Shown piece by piece: positions 26,171-31,149 of a stretch of DNA of 31,149 nt. This DNA is from an uncultured Syntrophomonadaceae bacterium (GTDB lineage: Bacteria > Bacillota > Dethiobacteria > SKNC01). The notes beneath the pieces are model-generated. The model worked only from the letters and a program-made list of their open reading frames with translations, was not told the origin of the DNA and ran no database searches. Every line of letters begins with the position of its first letter. The first letter of the stretch is position 1. Location: positions 1-31,149 of the forward strand of contig CAYYWR010000001.1 in the NCBI GenBank assembly GCA_964474145.1, written 5' to 3'. The position numbers were made by a program, and so were the translations under genes.

Positions 26171-27883
26171 CTACTTCACATGAAAACTTCTCAGGCGGTT
26201 AAAAGCTGCTGCAATTTCATGCTTGCGAGGAAGAGCATACTCCCCGGGATGCTGTCCCTTAAAAGGAGATAAAACCTCCATTCCTTTTTCCTCTATTTGC
26301 TCCAGGACCAGTTGAATTATTTCTCTTAATGATTTCTTCCCGTCTACAAAGTAACTGCCAAAATATAATATGTCTCCAATAGCCCGGGTTTGACTTTCAT
26401 CTACCAGCTGCTCCACCAGGGAAAGTTCTATTCTCTGCCTACCAAACTCGATAGTGTGCAATCCCCTGGAACTGATTTTGGTTTTTCTCCCTTTGGTGGG
26501 ATCCAGCCCTTTTTTTAGAGGAACCCGGGAACTCAAAGGGCCGAACTCCTTACCCCCCTCCTCCATCCTCTGATTCCGATATTCACGGGCAATATCCCTG
26601 GCTTTCCCGGTAACTTCCCGGGCCCGGTACTCATCCATCATGATTACTTTATCTGCCACATCAAAGTAATCTCCTGAGCCACCTAAAACCATTATAGTTG
26701 ATACGTCAAGGTCTTCCTTCATAAGCATTACTTTATCTATAAAGGGGGTAATGGGCTCTTTATCCTTGGCTACCAGGGACTGCATTCTCACATCCCTGAT
26801 CATGAAATTTGTGGCAGAAGTATCCTCGTCAAGTAAAAGGACCCCTGTCCCAATCTCCAGAGCCTCCATGATATTGGCTGCCTGAGAAGTGGAACCGCTG
26901 GCCTCCTCCGTGGAAAAGTCAATTGTATCTTTACCAAAGGGAAGATTATTGATAAAGGGACTGATATTTACCTTCTCCACTCTCCTGCCATCTTCAGCCC
27001 TTATCTTGACTGCATCTTCTATAGTTACCACATACTCCCTTCCATCTTCAGGAATATGGTTATAAACACCTCTCTCTACAGCCCTTAACAGGGTAGATTT
27101 ACCATGATATCCTCCCCCTACTACCAGGGTAATCCCTGCCGGTATCCCCATTCCTTTTACAGTGCCGGCATTTGGCAGGTCAAACTCAGCCTCCATCTCT
27201 TCGGGAGATTTAAAGGGAACCACCTTTTCCCCTTCCATGGGCAGGTCACTTACACCACTGCGGCGGGGCAACAGGGAATTATTGGCTATAAAGCTTACCA
27301 GGTTTAGCCTCTCAATTTCTTTTCTTAAGAATTCCTGATCCTCACATGTTGCCACATGTTTTTTTACTTCAAGCTTATCCAGGTTACTATAATAAAGAGA
27401 CAGTTTTATTATTTCAGGTAGCTCCTTGAAAAACATATCTGCTGCCTCCCTGGCCAAAACGCTCCTGCCCCGGGCAGGAAGCCCCATAGAAATTCTGGCT
27501 TCCACAAAACTGGAGTTTACTACCATGGAAGTCCTCTCTAAAATTTCCTGGCCACAAGAATCTATAAAAATAAGGCCACTTTTACCGGTGCCCCGGTTTC
27601 TCTTTACAACCTTATTTATTGCACTGCTAAAAACCCGGGTTAAATAGTCCTCCAGAGCTACACGGCGAACTTTACTGGGATACAGCTCCTGTGGAAACCC
27701 AGCCCTTTCTTGGGTTAATCTTACCCTGAGACGGGAAGGGCTTGCAAAGGGGTCCCCCTGTACATAATCCATATAAAGATGGAAATCTTTAAAATCATAA
27801 CTTCCCTGGATATCTTTATAGGCTTTGTAGCCTTTACCATCAATTTTTTTAAGTGTTTTCCCAAGATAATCTCGGGAATGCAT
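26171..27883 (-). CDS. ABC-class-like ATPase of unknown function (PF09818-type, MRB1590-like)
   Basis: Walker A GGGYHGKST, Walker B LLLDEDTSATNFM, VQGDPFASPS, IRAEDGR and ASGSTSQAANI; no TM segments. Confidence 0.85.
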   Translation of the reverse strand: MHSRDYLGKTLKKIDGKGYKAYKDIQGSYDFKDFHLYMDYVQGDPFASPSRLRVRLTQERAGFPQELYPSKVRRVALEDYLTRVFSSAINKVVKRNRGTGKSGLIFIDSCGQEILERTSMVVNSSFVEARISMGLPARGRSVLAREAADMFFKELPEIIKLSLYYSNLDKLEVKKHVATCEDQEFLRKEIERLNLVSFIANNSLLPRRSGVSDLPMEGEKVVPFKSPEEMEAEFDLPNAGTVKGMGIPAGITLVVGGGYHGKSTLLRAVERGVYNHIPEDGREYVVTIEDAVKIRAEDGRRVEKVNISPFINNLPFGKDTIDFSTEEASGSTSQAANIMEALEIGTGVLLLDEDTSATNFMIRDVRMQSLVAKDKEPITPFIDKVMLMKEDLDVSTIMVLGGSGDYFDVADKVIMMDEYRAREVTGKARDIAREYRNQRMEEGGKEFGPLSSRVPLKKGLDPTKGRKTKISSRGLHTIEFGRQRIELSLVEQLVDESQTRAIGDILYFGSYFVDGKKSLREIIQLVLEQIEEKGMEVLSPFKGQHPGEYALPRKHEIAAAFNRLRSFHVK

Positions 27884-27931
27884 AATACATCAACTCCAAA
27901 TTTCTAAAAAATATCAGATTAATAGTCTGCT

Positions 27932-29035
27932 TTAATAAAATTCCTTAAAGAAGTCTAATAAGACTTCATTAACATTTTTTTGAGATATATTATCATAAAT
28001 ACCTACTCGGCCAATTTTTTCAGGTAAAATAAATATAGTTTTTCCTTCTTTTCTTTTCTTATCATAGGTCAGGCCTTTCTTAATTTTCTCAGCATCTAAT
28101 ACCGGAGGAAGTTCTTTAAAACCTATCCGGTATAAAAGTTCCTCAATCAATTCCAGGGATTTAAAATCCAGCAACCCCTCCCGGTAAGCTAACCTGGAGG
28201 CCAGGAGCATTCCATAGTGTACAGCCTCTCCATGGTTAAAGTGCTTGTAGCCGGTAGCTGCCTCCAGGGCATGCCCCAGGGTATGCCCCAGATTCAAAAT
28301 GGCCCTTATACCCCCTTCTTTTTCATCTGCAGAAACTATATCTGCCTTAATGGAACAGGACTGATATACAATATGCCCCAAAAATTCCTTCCCCTGGCCC
28401 AGATGAGCTGCCAGGTCCCGGTATAGTTCCTTAAAAAAAACATCATCCCGGATTATCCCGTACTTGATTACTTCAGCCATACCGGACTTCAACTCACGAA
28501 ATGGCAAAGTGTCCAGGGTATCCAAATCAATCAAAACCAGCCTGGGCTGATAAAAAGCGCCTATCATATTTTTCCCCCGGGGATGGTTAATGGCTACTTT
28601 GCCTCCCACACTGCTGTCCACCTGGGCCAGCAGAGTAGTAGGAACCTGTACATAGTTTACGCCCCGGAGATAGGTAGCTGCTATAAACCCTGCCAGGTCT
28701 CCCACTACTCCACCCCCCAGGGCCACAATACCTGAATCCCGGTCTAAATTAAAGTCCAGGGCTGCAGAAAAAATTTGTTCTGCCCACATCCAGCTCTTGG
28801 ACTCCTCTCCCGGGGGTATTGAAAAAATACTGGTCTTAAAGCCGGACTTTTCAAGGCTTTCCCGGCAAGAATGGGCATAGAAGGGCATAACATTCTCATC
28901 GGTTACTATCAATAACTTTCCTTTAAAGCCTGCTGATTGTAGTTCCTCCCCCAGATCCTGCAGCACATCCTGTCCTATCTTTATTGTATAGCTCCGGGAG
29001 GCAAGCTCTACTTTTAATTCTCTCATAAGCTCCAT
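27932..29035 (-). CDS. aroB: 3-dehydroquinate synthase
   Basis: GEESKS, ALGGGVVGDLAGF, PTTLLAQVDSSVGGK, KNMIGAFYQP, NLGHTLGHALE and HGEAV motifs. Confidence 0.96.
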   Translation of the reverse strand: MELMRELKVELASRSYTIKIGQDVLQDLGEELQSAGFKGKLLIVTDENVMPFYAHSCRESLEKSGFKTSIFSIPPGEESKSWMWAEQIFSAALDFNLDRDSGIVALGGGVVGDLAGFIAATYLRGVNYVQVPTTLLAQVDSSVGGKVAINHPRGKNMIGAFYQPRLVLIDLDTLDTLPFRELKSGMAEVIKYGIIRDDVFFKELYRDLAAHLGQGKEFLGHIVYQSCSIKADIVSADEKEGGIRAILNLGHTLGHALEAATGYKHFNHGEAVHYGMLLASRLAYREGLLDFKSLELIEELLYRIGFKELPPVLDAEKIKKGLTYDKKRKEGKTIFILPEKIGRVGIYDNISQKNVNEVLLDFFKEFY

Positions 29036-29036
29036 C

Positions 29037-30200
29037 CTATCTACTGGAAATTAATCCTTTATAATTTTCATGGTTAGCTTTAACTTCTTCCATGGAGTCA
29101 CCGCCGAACTTTTCTCTGAAAGCCCGGGCTACCTCCCAGGCTACTATGGCTTCTCCTGCCACACTGGCCGCCGGGACAGCACATACGTCGGAGCGCTCCA
29201 CTCCGGCTCGCTGAATTTTTTTTGTTTCCATGTCCACACTCTGCAAGGGCCTGTAAAGGGTAGGAATGGGTTTCATGGCACACCGAATAACCAGCGCCTC
29301 CCCGTTACTGAGCCCCCCTTCAATTCCTCCTGCTCTGTTGGTTTTATGATAATAGCCCATTTCTTTATTGTAACATATTTCGTCCTGTACCTGCGACCCC
29401 CTGAAACGGGCAGCATCAAAACCAAGGCCTAACTCTACTCCTTTAATTGCCTGAAGGCTCATTAAAGCCCCGGCCAGGCGGCCATCCAGCTTCCGGTCCC
29501 AGTGGACATGACTCCCCAACCCTGCAGGAACTCCGGTTACCAGTATCTCAAAAATTCCTCCCAGGGTATCTCCTTCCTCCTGAGCCCGTTTTATCTCCTT
29601 TATAATCCCTTCTTCGGCCTCAGGGTCGGCACATCTAACCTGGGAGCCTTCTGCTTTATTATGCAATTCCTGGAATGTAATGTCCATATCCCCGGCCTTA
29701 ATTCCCCCAATTTCCACTACATGACTGTAAATTTTTATATCAAAAGAGGAAATAAACTCCCGGGCCACACTGCCTGCTGCCACCCTTATAGCAGTTTCTC
29801 TGGCACTGGCCCTTTCCAGGACATTCCTGGTGTCCTGATGGTTATACTTCAAGGCCCCCGCTAAATCAGCATGACCCGGCCTGGGCCTGGTAAGTTTTGC
29901 TGTTTCTTCCTTTCCCTTTGTGACACTGTAAGGGTCCATAACCTCCTTCCAGTTATCATAATCTTTATTTTTAATGAGCAGGGTAAGGGGACTGCCCAGA
30001 GTTTTACCAAAACGAAGGCCGGATAAAACCTGGACTTTATCTGTTTCAATTTTCATCCTGCCGCCCCGGCCATAACCCTGCTGTCTCCGGGCTAAATGAT
30101 GATTAATATTTTCCGTATACAACTTCAGGTTAGAAGGCAGCCCTTCTATGACAGCTACCAGGCAGGGGCCATGGGACTCACCTGCAGATAAATATCTCAT
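29037..30200 (-). CDS. aroC: Chorismate synthase
   Basis: [54 protein letters not shown] and RSDVCAVP motifs; AGGGAG RBS. Confidence 0.97.
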   Translation of the reverse strand: MRYLSAGESHGPCLVAVIEGLPSNLKLYTENINHHLARRQQGYGRGGRMKIETDKVQVLSGLRFGKTLGSPLTLLIKNKDYDNWKEVMDPYSVTKGKEETAKLTRPRPGHADLAGALKYNHQDTRNVLERASARETAIRVAAGSVAREFISSFDIKIYSHVVEIGGIKAGDMDITFQELHNKAEGSQVRCADPEAEEGIIKEIKRAQEEGDTLGGIFEILVTGVPAGLGSHVHWDRKLDGRLAGALMSLQAIKGVELGLGFDAARFRGSQVQDEICYNKEMGYYHKTNRAGGIEGGLSNGEALVIRCAMKPIPTLYRPLQSVDMETKKIQRAGVERSDVCAVPAASVAGEAIVAWEVARAFREKFGGDSMEEVKANHENYKGLISSR

Positions 30201-30714
30201 CTGAAATTCTCCCTTTTAAGTTAGAAATTTTTACTCCTTCAAGTTCTAATAAGTTAATTTTTCTGTCTATACCCAGGGAAAACCCACCGGCACTGCCATC
30301 CTTTTTCACAACTCTGTGACAGGGAATAATAACCGGTAGAGGATTTTTACCCAGGGCCTTTCCCAGCGGCCGGGAAGCCGCAGAGCTAAAGCCGATCTTT
30401 CTGGCAACACCGCTGTAGGAATAAACCCGACCATAGGGAATATTACGGATAAAGCCCAGAACTTTAACAGTATAGGCAGAACACCCCACCAGACTAACTG
30501 GAAATTTTGCAAAATCCACCTGATGGATACCGTTAAAATAGTTTTTCAAGTTTAGCAAAAGCTCAGGCCAGGTTTTTTCCAGCCTTCCCTCAAGAAAAAA
30601 CTCTATATCTTTTTTCCGGTGATTATCCTCCAAAATCTTTAAGGCCTGCAATCCATCTGGTCCATACAGAACTAATAATTTTCCCCAGGATATCTCAGCC
30701 TGGAAAAAGTACAT
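30178..30714 (-). CDS. ogt: Methylated-DNA--protein-cysteine methyltransferase (Ogt/MGMT)
   Basis: [22 protein letters not shown] active site, GGFSLG...KINLLELE. Start probably ATG 30714 (GGTGG RBS); ATG 30729 is an alternative. Confidence 0.9.
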   Translation of the reverse strand: MYFFQAEISWGKLLVLYGPDGLQALKILEDNHRKKDIEFFLEGRLEKTWPELLLNLKNYFNGIHQVDFAKFPVSLVGCSAYTVKVLGFIRNIPYGRVYSYSGVARKIGFSSAASRPLGKALGKNPLPVIIPCHRVVKKDGSAGGFSLGIDRKINLLELEGVKISNLKGRISDEIFICR

Positions 30715-30751
30715 GTCATCATCCACCATTCTGTCGCCTATTCCCTGAAAT

Positions 30752-30772
30752 TGTATAAACCATGTTTATACA
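30752..30772. promoter_or_regulatory. Perfect 9-3-9 palindrome, candidate operator or weak hairpin
   Basis: TGTATAAAC-CAT-GTTTATACA in the short hisJ-ogt gap. Confidence 0.45.
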
Positions 30773-30789
30773 TATAAAGAAATGAAACA

Positions 30790-31149
30790 TTAAATAATAC
30801 TCCGGACAAACCTCTTTCTTTTATTAAATACAGCTACCTCCCTGTAGCCGATATTTTTTAACAAGGATAAAGCTTTATCAATATCCCTTCCTACCTGGGC
30901 AGGCTGGTGGGCATCCGAACCTAAAGTTACAGGCACTTTTTTTCTGTAACAGAGCTTTAACAGCTCAATGCCGGGATAATACTCATTAATCGGAGCATAA
31001 AAGCCCGCGGTATTAAGCTCTATACACATATCTGCTGCCCTTAGAAGGTCAGTAATCTGCTCCATAAGGTGATACGTACTTCTGGAGGGCCGGTAACCAA
31101 ACTTCTTTATCACGTCTATATGACCGATTATATCAAATAAGCTGGACTG
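30790..31149 (-). CDS. Histidinol-phosphatase HisJ-family PHP protein, 3' part only (5' truncated by window)
   Basis: Open frame from the window edge: LFDIIGHIDVIKKF...IELNTAG...YYP...VTLGSDAH. Confidence 0.82.
   Translation of the reverse strand, partial: QSSLFDIIGHIDVIKKFGYRPSRSTYHLMEQITDLLRAADMCIELNTAGFYAPINEYYPGIELLKLCYRKKVPVTLGSDAHQPAQVGRDIDKALSLLKNIGYREVAVFNKRKRFVRSII

Noticed and set aside
648-30512. Many plus-strand ORFs of 60-181 aa and short alternate-frame minus-strand ORFs (e.g. 6318-6863, 15829-16371, 16642-17064, 29070-29432)
   Set aside because: All lie largely within well-supported minus-strand genes, have no recognisable motifs, and look like antisense or shadow frames
1-31149. 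Mobile elements, CRISPR arrays, tRNA/rRNA, defence systems
   Set aside because: No transposase or integrase ORFs, no repeat-spacer periodicity and no tRNA cloverleaf seen; gene order largely matches conserved Firmicute housekeeping synteny

Overview
A low-GC (about 40%) housekeeping region from an anaerobic, probably spore-forming Bacillota (Clostridia-like; taxonomy is inferred). Every supported gene is on the minus strand. In transcription order (right to left): hisJ-like PHP phosphatase (partial), ogt, aroC, aroB, PF09818-type ABC-like ATPase, HD phosphohydrolase, secD, secF, CDF transporter, LapA-family protein, recJ, rel, dtd, T-box, hisS, aspS, 6S RNA, stand-alone pyruvate-kinase-C-domain protein, then the dcw cluster (mraZ, rsmH, ftsL, spoVD/ftsI, murE, murF, mraY, murD, spoVE/ftsW, murG). 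I found no transposase, integrase, CRISPR array, tRNA or rRNA, and I cannot support a clear new multi-gene system. The best leads are: (1) a T-box whose specifier reads as Asn (AAC) in front of hisS-aspS; (2) murG broken by an apparent ~35-nt frameshifting deletion; (3) three hairpin leaders in front of mur genes sharing a short motif; (4) an unexplained GC-rich structured element between aspS and the 6S promoter; (5) a perfect palindrome before the ogt-aroC-aroB unit; (6) the uncharacterised ABC-ATPase plus HD-hydrolase pair. All motif and structure calls were made by eye, without searches or folding software.
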